A stretch of DNA of 64,000 bases from positions 799,730 to 863,729 of the forward strand of contig CAVWIT010000002.1 in the NCBI GenBank assembly GCA_963755165.1. Direction: 5' to 3'. Numbering within the stretch: the stretch's first letter is position 1; each line of letters starts with the position of its first letter. Positions 37,661-46,023 of the stretch are shown here, piece by piece. The stretch is from an uncultured Solirubrobacterales bacterium (GTDB lineage: Bacteria; Actinomycetota; Thermoleophilia; Solirubrobacterales; Solirubrobacteraceae). Position numbers and translations under genes: made by a program. The notes below the pieces were generated by a model that saw nothing but the letters and a program-made list of their open reading frames with translations, ran no database searches and was not told where the DNA came from.

Positions 37661-38580
37661 GCCGCCTGCCTCTCCGCGATCTTCTCCCCGATCAGGTGGG
37701 GGATGTCCTCGATTCGCTCGGCCACGATGATCCCGGCCTGGGCGAGCCGGGCGATCTTCTCGCCCGCCGTGTCGGCGTTGCCTTCGACGATCGTGCCGGC
37801 GTGCCCGAAGGACATGCCCGGCATCTCGTCCATGAAGCGCCCGGCCATGAAGGCGACGATCGGCAGGCGCGAGGAGTGCTCGGTGACCCACGAGGCGAGC
37901 TCGGCCTCCATGCGCCCGCCGGGCTCGGTGTAGATGACGATGCCCTGCGTCTGGGGGTCGGCCTCGAACAGTCCCATCAGCTCGGCGTAGGTCGAGCCGA
38001 TGATCGCGTCGCCGCCGATCGAGACCGCCGTGGACTGGCCGAGGCCGGCGGCGGAAAGTGTGGAGGACATCTCGGTGGTCATGCCGCCCGAGCGCGAGAT
38101 CACGCCGATCGGACCGGGCGTGTAGGCCTGGGCGGCGTTGCGCGCCGGGCCGCCGATGCCGCCCATCTTGATCACGTCGGGAACGATGATGCCCAGGCAG
38201 TTGGGGCCGATGATGCGCGCGCCGCGCAGCGTGGCGAGCTCGACCATCTGGGCGACGTCGCGGCGGGGGATGCGCTCGGTGACGATCACGATCAGGCGGA
38301 TGCCGTTCTCGATCGCCTCGAACACCGCGTCCTTGGTGAACGCGGGGGGGACGGTCACGACCGACCCGTCGATCGGCGCGCCGTGGTGGGCGACGGCCTG
38401 GGCGACTGTGTCGAACACGGGCACGCCGTGCACCTCGCGGCCCAGCCGCCCCGGCGTGACGCCGCCGACCACCTTCGCGCCGGCGCCATAGTCCAGGCAC
38501 TCTCTCGTCAAGTTGACGGCCTCACGGCCCGTGATGCCCTGAACGATGAACGTGGTGTCGGCGTCGATCAGGATCGACAT
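37657..38580 (-). CDS. Succinyl-CoA-synthetase alpha-like subunit (acyl-CoA ligase, ADP/GDP-forming; possibly malate thiokinase small subunit)
   Basis: 307 aa. CoA-binding N-terminus FIVQGITGREA, SRSGGMTTE and a phosphohistidine loop MSFGHAGTIV. Confidence 0.85.
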   Translation of the reverse strand: MSILIDADTTFIVQGITGREAVNLTRECLDYGAGAKVVGGVTPGRLGREVHGVPVFDTVAQAVAHHGAPIDGSVVTVPPAFTKDAVFEAIENGIRLIVIVTERIPRRDVAQMVELATLRGARIIGPNCLGIIVPDVIKMGGIGGPARNAAQAYTPGPIGVISRSGGMTTEMSSTLSAAGLGQSTAVSIGGDAIIGSTYAELMGLFEADPQTQGIVIYTEPGGRMEAELASWVTEHSSRLPIVAFMAGRFMDEMPGMSFGHAGTIVEGNADTAGEKIARLAQAGIIVAERIEDIPHLIGEKIAERQAA

Positions 38581-38605
38581 CAGGATGTCTCTCTTTTAAA
38601 GCTGT

Positions 38606-38623
38606 GTATAATCATAGTTATAC
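38606..38623. promoter_or_regulatory. Inverted repeat GTATAA-N6-TTATAC in AT-rich island B, immediately upstream of the sucD-like gene
   Basis: GTATAATCATAGTTATAC sits 26-43 nt upstream of ATG 38580. On the minus strand it lies between a TTGGAC (-35-like) and a TATACA (-10-like) element. It contains the third copy of the island-A motif. Confidence 0.5.
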
Positions 38624-38717
38624 GTAGTCCAATTTTTTTATATACACATCCCGCGTCTTTATCTGTCTGGAGTTGGGTCGCATCCGCGCAGGCGGTCGAT
38701 GCTCCAGGCGCGTGGGC

Positions 38718-38736
38718 GCGGGGCGTCCGGCCCCGC
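38718..38736 (-). terminator. GC hairpin between the sucC-like and sucD-like genes (weak terminator/attenuator candidate)
   Basis: GCGGGGC-GTCCG-GCCCCGC (7-bp stem, 5-nt loop) lies 23 nt after the sucC-like stop. No U-tract follows on the minus strand. Confidence 0.3.
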
Positions 38737-38758
38737 AAAGGAGGGCAGTGAGCCGGAC

Positions 38759-39970
38759 TCATACAGCCACCCCCTGAATCTTCTCGACGGCGCGTCGCGC
38801 GGCCTCGTTGAGGGAGACGCTGCGATCGGCGTAATCGACGCCGTACTTGGCGAGGATCTTGAAGCCCTCCTCCTCCCAGGCGCCGGGGATGCGGAAGATG
38901 GCGATCTTCTCGGCCGGGTCCTCGCCGAGCTCCAGGCACGCTTTGATGACGCCGCGGGCGACGATGTCCACGCGGGTGTTGGAGACGATCGACATCATCA
39001 CCGCGATCTTCTCGACGCCGGGCTTGCCCAGAACCAGCTTGGCCAGGCCGCATGCCTTGGCCACGGACGGGTTTCCTCCTATCTCGCAGTAGTTGGCGGG
39101 GTGGCCGCCGTGGGCGCGGACCGCGTCGAACAGGGTCAGCGAGCCTCCGCCGGCGCCGATCACGAGGCCGAGGTCTCCGTCGAACTCGGTCACGTTGCCG
39201 GCGACGCCGCGGTGGTCGGTCGCGTCGACTTCCTCGCCGGCGAGCTCGAACGGGGTCGCCTCGCGCGCCTGGCGGGTCTCCTCGTCGCCCACGCCGAGAT
39301 CCTTCAAAAGCGCGGCGTGCCGTCCGCGCGCCTCGTTCTCGATCTCCATGTGGGCGTCGAGCGCGACGAACGAGCCGTCGGCGAGGCGCCCGAGCGGGTT
39401 GATCTCCGCGAGGGTCATGTCGTTCTCGACGAACACTCGCGCCAGACGGGTCACGATCGGAACGAGCTTGTTCAGCGCCGAGCCTGTGACGCCCGTGGCG
39501 GAGATGACCTCCTTGGCCTCAAAGGCGCTGAACGGCAGGATGTTCGAGAAGTGCCGCCGCCCGACCGCCTCGGGTTGGGTCTCGGCGACCTGCTCGATGT
39601 CGATGCCGCCGACGGGCGAGAAGATCATCACGGGCTGCTTGCGCGTCCCGTCCCAGACGACGCCCGCGTAGTACTCCTGCTCAACCTGTGCCTTCGGATC
39701 GACGAGCACGCCGCGGGGCATGTGCCCGCCGATCTCCAGCCCCAGGATGTCGCGCGCATAGGACTCCGCCTGCTCGGGCGTGTCGGCGAACTTGACCCCG
39801 CCGGCCTTCATCCGCCCGCCGGAGAGGACTTGCGACTTGATCACGGTCGGCCCGCCGATCCGCTGTGCGATCTGCGCCGCCTCGGAAGGGTTGGTCGTGA
39901 AGCCGTAGTCGGTGACGGGGATGCCGGCGCGCTTGATGACCTCGCGCGCCTCGTACTCGAAGAACCTCAT
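38759..39970 (-). CDS. Succinyl-CoA-synthetase beta-like ATP-grasp subunit (possibly malate thiokinase large subunit)
   Basis: 403 aa. MRFFEYEAREVIKRAGIPV..., KSQVLSGGRMKAGGVKF (canonical SucC has GGRGKAGGVK). The body is colinear with SucC. Confidence 0.85.
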   Translation of the reverse strand: MRFFEYEAREVIKRAGIPVTDYGFTTNPSEAAQIAQRIGGPTVIKSQVLSGGRMKAGGVKFADTPEQAESYARDILGLEIGGHMPRGVLVDPKAQVEQEYYAGVVWDGTRKQPVMIFSPVGGIDIEQVAETQPEAVGRRHFSNILPFSAFEAKEVISATGVTGSALNKLVPIVTRLARVFVENDMTLAEINPLGRLADGSFVALDAHMEIENEARGRHAALLKDLGVGDEETRQAREATPFELAGEEVDATDHRGVAGNVTEFDGDLGLVIGAGGGSLTLFDAVRAHGGHPANYCEIGGNPSVAKACGLAKLVLGKPGVEKIAVMMSIVSNTRVDIVARGVIKACLELGEDPAEKIAIFRIPGAWEEEGFKILAKYGVDYADRSVSLNEAARRAVEKIQGVAV

Positions 39971-39983
39971 GCGGCGCGGAAGC

Positions 39984-41048
39984 CTATACGGAGACCGGCT
40001 CGAGGCCGTACGCGACAGCCAGCTCGGGGTCCTTGCGCGCGAGCATTTCCGCGAGGCCCACCATCACCTTGCACTGCTTCCAGGTCGCGTCGTCCTGCAT
40101 CTTGCCGTCGATCATGTGCACGCCGCGTCCGTCGGGGATTGCGGAGATGACCTTTTTGGCGAACGCAACCTCCTTGGGGTCGGGCGAGAACACGCGCTTG
40201 GCGATCGCGATCTGGGCCGGATGCAGTGACCACGCGCCCACGCAGCCGAGCAGAAACGCCGCGCGGAACTGGGTCTCACAGCCCTCCTCGTCGGCGATGT
40301 CGCCGTAGGGTCCGTAGAAGGGCAGCGCGCCGACTGCCGTGCAGGCGTCGACCATGCGCGCGATCGAGTAGTGCCAGGGGTCCTGCTGGTAGCTGGGCCG
40401 CGGGGCGTCGGGGTGCTCGGGGTCGGGGTCGGCGATCGTGCGGTAGCCGGGGTGCCCGCCGCCAACGCGCGTGGTCTTCATGCGCCGCGACGCCGCCAGG
40501 TCGGCGGGGCCGAAGGACATGCCCTGGATGCGCGGTGAGGCGGCCGCGATCTCCTCGAGGTTCGCGACGCCGAGGTGGGTCTCGAGTACGGCGTGCACGA
40601 GGATCGGGCGCTCCAGGCCGGCCTTCGCCTCGAGCTGGGCGAGCAGGCGATCGACATAGTGGATGTCCCAGGGGCCCTCGATCTTGGGTACCATCACGAC
40701 CTCGATCTTGTGGCCTATCTCGCCCACGATCCGGGTGATGTCGTCCAGGAAGTAGGGCGAGGCGAGTTCGTTGACGCGTGTCCACAGTGCCGTGTCGCCG
40801 AGGTCCATCTCGCGGCCCACCCGGATCAGCCCCTCGCGCGCGGCCTCCTTCTTGTCCAGCGGCACGGCGTCCTCGAGGTTGCCGAGCAGGATGTCGACCT
40901 TGGGCGCGAGATCGGGCGTCTTGTCAACCATTTTCGGGTTCGAGAAGTCCATGAAGTGGATCATCCGGGACGGCTTGAACGGGATCTCCCGAGCCGGTTC
41001 GGGGGCGTCTATGGCGAGGGGCTTGAAGAAGTCGCGGGGGTTGCGCAA
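39984..41048 (-). CDS. mcl: HpcH/CitE-family acyl-CoA lyase, Chloroflexus-type L-malyl-CoA/beta-methylmalyl-CoA lyase-like
   Basis: TTG start at 41048 preceded by AGGAGA plus 6 nt. N-terminus [17 protein letters not shown]...GNLEDAVP and ...GGGHPGY...[12 protein letters not shown] match my recollection of Mcl. The longer track ORF is rejected. Confidence 0.8.
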   Translation of the reverse strand: MRNPRDFFKPLAIDAPEPAREIPFKPSRMIHFMDFSNPKMVDKTPDLAPKVDILLGNLEDAVPLDKKEAAREGLIRVGREMDLGDTALWTRVNELASPYFLDDITRIVGEIGHKIEVVMVPKIEGPWDIHYVDRLLAQLEAKAGLERPILVHAVLETHLGVANLEEIAAASPRIQGMSFGPADLAASRRMKTTRVGGGHPGYRTIADPDPEHPDAPRPSYQQDPWHYSIARMVDACTAVGALPFYGPYGDIADEEGCETQFRAAFLLGCVGAWSLHPAQIAIAKRVFSPDPKEVAFAKKVISAIPDGRGVHMIDGKMQDDATWKQCKVMVGLAEMLARKDPELAVAYGLEPVSV

Positions 41049-41140
41049 AAGGGCTCTCCTGTGTCGTCTGGAGCCTGAACCGTATCGCCTGGACGCTGCG
41101 CAGGCTCTAGAGTTGCGGGTGCAATCATCCAAGGAGAGCC

Positions 41141-41656
41141 ATGAGCGAGACCCAGACCGTGGAGACAGATCAGGCCGCGCGCGAGGCCAGCGGCGCCCAT
41201 CCATATGGCCGCTATCTCGAGGAGTTCGAGGTTGGCGCCGTCTACAAGCACTGGCCCGCCAAGACGGTGACCGAGTTTGACGATCACCTGTTCTGTCTGA
41301 TCACGATGAACCACCATCCGCTGCACCTGAACGATGTGTATGCGGCCAAATCCCAGCAGGGGCGCAACGTGGTCGTGGGTCCGCTGGTGTACTCGCTGGC
41401 GCTGGGCATGTCGGTGAGCGACGTGAGCGGCAAGGCGATCGCGAACCTCGCCACCGAAGAGCTCAAGCACCCGGCGCCGGTGTTCCACGGCGACACGCTG
41501 TTCGTCGAGTCGGAGGTGCTCGAGAAGCGAGAGTCTCAATCCAAGCCCGACCGGGGCACGGTCAAGGTGCACACGCGTGTGCTCAACCAGGACGGGGTGC
41601 TCGTGGCCGAGTTCAAGCGGCTGGTGCTCGTTCCGCGCAGGCCCGAGGCACGATAG
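41141..41656 (+). CDS. MaoC-like (R)-specific enoyl-CoA hydratase (MeaC/mesaconyl-CoA or itaconyl-CoA hydratase-like)
   Basis: 171 aa. AAGGAGA RBS. Hot-dog fold with ...[16 protein letters not shown].... Divergent from mcl. Confidence 0.8.
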   Translation: MSETQTVETDQAAREASGAHPYGRYLEEFEVGAVYKHWPAKTVTEFDDHLFCLITMNHHPLHLNDVYAAKSQQGRNVVVGPLVYSLALGMSVSDVSGKAIANLATEELKHPAPVFHGDTLFVESEVLEKRESQSKPDRGTVKVHTRVLNQDGVLVAEFKRLVLVPRRPEAR

Positions 41657-41665
41657 GCTCCCGCC

Positions 41666-43480
41666 ATGGATACGACTGCTTCCGCCCCCACCAAGAACGA
41701 GCGCCTGCTGGCCTGGGTCGGGGAGGTTGCGGCGCTGACCGAACCCGAGGAGATCCACTGGTGCGACGGGTCGGCGCAGGAGTACGACAACCTGTGCCAG
41801 GAGCTCGTCGACGCGGGCACGTTCGAGCGACTGTCCGAGGCGAAGCGGCCGAGCTCCTATCTGGCGCTGTCGGACCCCGGCGACGTCGCGCGCGTCGAGG
41901 ACCGCACGTTCATCTGCTCGGCCACCGAGGCCGAAGCGGGGCCGACGAACAACTGGCGCGACCCGGCGGAGATGCGGGAAGAGCTGAACGAGCTGTTCGA
42001 AGGGGCGATGCGCGGGCGCACGATGTACGTGGTGCCGTTCTCGATGGGACCGCACGGCTCCGACCACAGCTATGTCGGCGTGCAGTTGACGGACTCAACG
42101 TACGTGGCGGTGAGCATGCGCATCATGACGCGCATGGGCCAGGCCGCACTCGACACGCTCGGCACTGAAGGCGACTTCGTCCCCTGCATGCACTCCGTGG
42201 GCATGCCGCTGGATGATTCGGATCCCGCCCACCCCGACGTGCCGTGGCCGTGCAACGCCGAGAACAAGTACATCGTCCACTTTCCCGACACCCGCGAGAT
42301 CTGGTCCTACGGGTCGGGCTACGGCGGCAACGCGCTGCTCGGCAAGAAGTGCTTTGCGCTGCGGATCGCCTCGGTGATGGCCCGTGACGAGGGCTGGATG
42401 GCCGAGCACATGCTGATCCTGAAGCTGACCTCCCCCGAGGGCGAGGTCAAGTACATCACCGGCGCGTTCCCCAGCGCGTGCGGCAAGACGAACCTGGCGA
42501 TGCTGATCCCGACGCTCGAGGGCTGGAAGGTGGAGACGATCGGCGATGACATCGCCTGGATGAAGTTCGGCGAGGACGGGCGGCTGTACGCGATCAACCC
42601 CGAGGCGGGATTCTTCGGGGTCGCACCGGGGACGGGGGTTCAGACCAACCCGAACGCGATCCGCACGATCGAGCGCAACTCGATCTTTACGAACTGCGCG
42701 AAGACGGACGACGGCGACATCTGGTGGGAGGGTCTTACGCAGGACAAGCCCGACCACCTGATCGACTGGCACGGCAACGACTGGACGCCGGACTCGGGTA
42801 CGCCCGCTGCGCATCCGAACGCGCGCTTCACGACCCCGGCCGCCCAGGATCCCGCGATCGCGCCCGAGTGGCAGGACCCCAAGGGCGTGCCGATCGACGC
42901 GATGCTGTTCGGCGGGCGGCGCTCGACCGTCGTGCCGCTGGTGACCGAGGCGCTGGAGTGGGAGCACGGCGTGTTTCTCGGCTCGATCATGAGCTCGGAG
43001 AAGACCGCCGCGGCCACCGGGATCGTGGGTGAGCTGCGCTTCGACCCGTTCGCGATGCTGCCGTTCTGCGGCTACAACATGGCCGACTACTTCGCCCACT
43101 GGCTGCAGATCGGCAAGCGCGACGGGGCGAAGCTGCCGAAGATCTTCTACGTCAACTGGTTCCGCAAGGACTCGGGCGGGCGGTACCTGTGGCCTGGGTT
43201 TGGGGAGAACTCCCGTGTCCTGGCGTGGGTGTTCGCCCGCTGCGCCGGTCACGGCGCGGCGACGGAGACCCCGATCGGCCTGATCCCGCCGGTCGGCGGC
43301 GAAGGCATCGACACGCGCGGGCTGGACGTCTCCGAAGCGGACATGGGGGAGCTGCTGCGGGTCGACGTCGACGAGTGGAAGGCTCAACTGCCGCAGTTCC
43401 GCGAGCACCTCGGCAAATTCAGCAACCTGCCGGCCGAGCTGACGGCGCAGCTCGACGCCCTCGAAGCGCGCCTGGGCTGA
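41666..43480 (+). CDS. pckG: Phosphoenolpyruvate carboxykinase (GTP)
   Basis: 604 aa. ...[13 protein letters not shown]... P-loop and [16 protein letters not shown] motifs of GTP-PEPCK. Confidence 0.95.
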   Translation: MDTTASAPTKNERLLAWVGEVAALTEPEEIHWCDGSAQEYDNLCQELVDAGTFERLSEAKRPSSYLALSDPGDVARVEDRTFICSATEAEAGPTNNWRDPAEMREELNELFEGAMRGRTMYVVPFSMGPHGSDHSYVGVQLTDSTYVAVSMRIMTRMGQAALDTLGTEGDFVPCMHSVGMPLDDSDPAHPDVPWPCNAENKYIVHFPDTREIWSYGSGYGGNALLGKKCFALRIASVMARDEGWMAEHMLILKLTSPEGEVKYITGAFPSACGKTNLAMLIPTLEGWKVETIGDDIAWMKFGEDGRLYAINPEAGFFGVAPGTGVQTNPNAIRTIERNSIFTNCAKTDDGDIWWEGLTQDKPDHLIDWHGNDWTPDSGTPAAHPNARFTTPAAQDPAIAPEWQDPKGVPIDAMLFGGRRSTVVPLVTEALEWEHGVFLGSIMSSEKTAAATGIVGELRFDPFAMLPFCGYNMADYFAHWLQIGKRDGAKLPKIFYVNWFRKDSGGRYLWPGFGENSRVLAWVFARCAGHGAATETPIGLIPPVGGEGIDTRGLDVSEADMGELLRVDVDEWKAQLPQFREHLGKFSNLPAELTAQLDALEARLG

Positions 43481-43485
43481 GACGC

Positions 43486-44076
43486 CTATTCGTGTTCGTG
43501 GATCTCGCCCGCCGCCGCCGGCGGGCGAGACTCCTCGGCGAGCGAGGTGATCGTCAGCGCTCCGCGGGCGGAGGACTCGAGCACGTCGGTGGCCTCCTCC
43601 AAAGAGCGCGCGTAGAGCTCGACGAGCAGGTGCACGATGATGCGCGCGTCTTCCTCGTGCTTGTGGAAGCGCACATGCGTGAAGAACTCGCGCACGCCGT
43701 GATCGCCGAACGCGGCGTAGGAGAGCGCGTCGCCCGCCTCCGGACCGGAGCAGCTCTCGACGTCGTCGGCGTCGACCGTGACCGTGCACGAGGCGACCCA
43801 GGGCGTGCCCGCGATCATCCGCTCCCAGCGGTCTTCGATCGGCTCCACGCGGCCGTCCTTGAAGCCGAGATGGGGCTGGTCGTGCATGCAGTCCAGGCAC
43901 TGCACGACGGCCTCCTGCAGCTCGTCCACGACTTCCGAGCGCTCGCCCGTGTCGGGGTCGATCTTGTGGATCCCCTCGTAGTGGACCTGGACCTCGAGAT
44001 CCTGAGACCAGCAGCGATAGCAGCGCAGCCAGCTACGCGCGCTCGTCTCCGACAGTGAGCCCTCCATGAGAGGCAT
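43486..44076 (-). CDS. Hypothetical protein with N-terminal CxxC...CxxC zinc-ribbon-like motif
   Basis: 196 aa. CYRC-x39-CLDC, followed by an acidic C-terminal domain. The stop lies 5 nt from the convergent pckG stop. No family recognised. Confidence 0.55.
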   Translation of the reverse strand: MPLMEGSLSETSARSWLRCYRCWSQDLEVQVHYEGIHKIDPDTGERSEVVDELQEAVVQCLDCMHDQPHLGFKDGRVEPIEDRWERMIAGTPWVASCTVTVDADDVESCSGPEAGDALSYAAFGDHGVREFFTHVRFHKHEEDARIIVHLLVELYARSLEEATDVLESSARGALTITSLAEESRPPAAAGEIHEHE

Positions 44077-44114
44077 TGTAGGGCGACGCAGGGTGACTGG
44101 CCCTCAAAGCAGAG

Positions 44115-44138
44115 ACGGGGCGCCCGTGGGCGCCCCGT
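44115..44138 (-). terminator. Perfect 10-bp GC hairpin downstream of the vWA gene
   Basis: ACGGGGCGCC-CGTG-GGCGCCCCGT lies 33 nt after the vWA stop. On the minus strand it is followed by CTCTGCTTTG, which is only moderately U-rich. Confidence 0.5.
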
Positions 44139-44170
44139 ACCGCAACCTCAGCATCGATGCGTTGCCAAGG

Positions 44171-45952
44171 CTACTTCTTGTGCTTGTGGCGCTTCGTGGC
44201 CTTGTGGAGCGTGAGGGACTCGGTCCTGGTTCCGACCAGCGTGCCATTGGAGGTCTCGATCGTGACCTTGAGCGTCACCCGCACGCCCCGCTTGCCGATA
44301 TGGCTGAGCGCGCGCTTGGCCTTGCTCGTGAGCTTGATAACCAGCGTGCCCTTGCCGGCTTTGGTGAGCTTAAGCGTTCCCTTGCCGAGGAGGACAGGCT
44401 TCTTCTTATGCTTCTTCTTGCCGTGTCCGCTCGCGCTGTAGGCGAGAACAGCCGGCTGCCCCGGCGTGAACGAAGCGAGCCCCGCCAGCCCCCCTGGACC
44501 GCTGAGCAGTTCACCGCCGGTCGCGCACGGGAAGCCGCAGGTGATAGGCACTTCGACGGTGCCCCCCGGCTTGATCGTGCCCGCTTCGGAGAGGTCAACG
44601 AGTGTGATCAGTTCATCGGCGGCTCCGTAGTGAGTCGAACCGCTGCTCGAGTTGTGAGTGCTGTCGCCAGAGTACATCGCCGTAATCGCCGGCAGCGTGC
44701 TCGGGGTCGTTGGCGGCAGGAACTGCACCGAGCAGCTCGAGGTGTTGCCCGACAGCGGGGTGTTCGTGAGGTTGCAGGTGTTGCCCGCGATGAACACGCC
44801 GCCGCTTTTGCTGGCGAACGTCACTGTGCCGGTCGGATTCGTCGCTCCCGAGGTCGCCGCGTCGCCGACAGTGGCCGTGCACGTGTCGGTGGCGGTGGCG
44901 ATCACGAGGTTGCAGATCACCTGGGTGACAGTCGGGTGACTCGCCGGCTTGGGCGGGACTGGGACGCAGGCTTCTTCGCCGACCCGCGGCTCATAGCCGG
45001 TGGGGCAGGCAGGCAATGCGCGGCCGGTTGATTCTTTGATGATCGTGATCAGTTTGCTGCCGAATTCACTCAGGCCTTCCTTGGCTTCCAATGCCTGTCC
45101 ACCGGTCTGGGCGGACCAGTATTCCCAGTAGTGGATGTAGTTTGACTTTTCATTCTCACCCGTGTGGAAGTAGTTGACCATGGCCAACGGCTTCCCGTCG
45201 AGTGCCAGCTTCTCCAGCGTTTTGTGGAACTCCAGCGATTCGCCTTCCTTCCACTGGGTGTCAGGAATGCCCCATTTGCCGCCGAGTTCTTCGCCCGTGT
45301 TCGGCCATGTTTCAAAGCCATCGTTGCCCGGTTCGGTGAACTGAAGTTCGGCCGGAATCCCTTCGTTGAGATTGGGCGTGTGCGGCACATTGTCTGCGAT
45401 CAGGACGATCTCGTGCCTGGCGCCCGGACGCCAGCTGACCTGCGGGTTGGTGTCCGTCTCCCACAGGGCGCGCCCGTAGGCTTCCGGTCCGTCGCCGCCG
45501 GCATGTGCCGGCCCTCCTTCGGTGGAGAGCAGGGAGAGTTTGTTGATTGCTTCTTCGACCTTTGCCTGTTCGGGGGTCAGCGTCTGCCACAGGTGCCACG
45601 GCTTTTCGAAGTCTTCTTCATATTCATTTTCTTTTTTCGTTTCGGACAGCATGCCGTTTTCGTAGCCGGGGAGGTCTTCGACGTTCGCGACCCCGTAAGC
45701 CACGTTGGGAATGATGGCGCTCGTTTCTTTGATGACCTTCTCAATTTCTGTTTTCGCTTCGTTGAGCACGCCGCCCATCGACCCGCTCGTGTCGAAGATG
45801 AACATGATGTCGGTCTTTTCCGGCGCAGCGGCGCCGGCGGGCGCGACCATCGGCCCAAAGCCGACTGCCGCCAAGATTGTCACCAGGAACGCGATCGCCC
45901 AATAGGTGCGTCGTGAAAGGCTCCGGCCGAGTCCACTGCGTTGCGCGTGCAT
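44171..45952 (-). CDS. Secreted/anchored von Willebrand factor A protein with Ig-like domain and Lys-rich C-terminal module
   Basis: 593 aa. N-terminal hydrophobic segment, MIDAS motif IFDTSGSMGG, a Cys-containing Ig-like region (...TVTFASKSGG...SCSVQF) and a tail ...GHGKKKHKKKP...KATKRHKHKK. GC is visibly lower than in the neighbours. Confidence 0.8.
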   Translation of the reverse strand: MHAQRSGLGRSLSRRTYWAIAFLVTILAAVGFGPMVAPAGAAAPEKTDIMFIFDTSGSMGGVLNEAKTEIEKVIKETSAIIPNVAYGVANVEDLPGYENGMLSETKKENEYEEDFEKPWHLWQTLTPEQAKVEEAINKLSLLSTEGGPAHAGGDGPEAYGRALWETDTNPQVSWRPGARHEIVLIADNVPHTPNLNEGIPAELQFTEPGNDGFETWPNTGEELGGKWGIPDTQWKEGESLEFHKTLEKLALDGKPLAMVNYFHTGENEKSNYIHYWEYWSAQTGGQALEAKEGLSEFGSKLITIIKESTGRALPACPTGYEPRVGEEACVPVPPKPASHPTVTQVICNLVIATATDTCTATVGDAATSGATNPTGTVTFASKSGGVFIAGNTCNLTNTPLSGNTSSCSVQFLPPTTPSTLPAITAMYSGDSTHNSSSGSTHYGAADELITLVDLSEAGTIKPGGTVEVPITCGFPCATGGELLSGPGGLAGLASFTPGQPAVLAYSASGHGKKKHKKKPVLLGKGTLKLTKAGKGTLVIKLTSKAKRALSHIGKRGVRVTLKVTIETSNGTLVGTRTESLTLHKATKRHKHKK

Positions 45953-46023
45953 CGATAAACCCCCAGGATTCGCTGATCGTCGTCGGTGCCGAAAGACTAG
46001 AGGATCGATCTGACGGATGAGTT

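Noticed and set aside
37227-37730. 167-aa plus-strand ORF starting in AT-rich island A (MVVVIKNQSRYNYSTTETK...).
   Set aside because: After the first ~30 AT-encoded codons it runs antisense through the ferredoxin-like gene with shadow-frame composition. There is no RBS and no recognisable domain.
38607-38612. Perfect TATAAT on the plus strand in island B, as a possible antisense promoter.
   Set aside because: There is no acceptable -35 element 16-18 nt upstream on the plus strand. Transcription would run antisense into the sucC-like 3' end. The hexamer is part of the palindrome, which is better explained as a minus-strand operator.
37141-38660. Hypothesis that the two AT-rich islands are the ends of a transposon or MITE carrying the sucD-like/ferredoxin genes.
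   Set aside because: I find no transposase, no extended terminal inverted repeats and no target-site duplication. The shared 11-mers are in direct rather than inverted orientation. The idea is kept only as a regulatory or foreign-DNA note in the findings.
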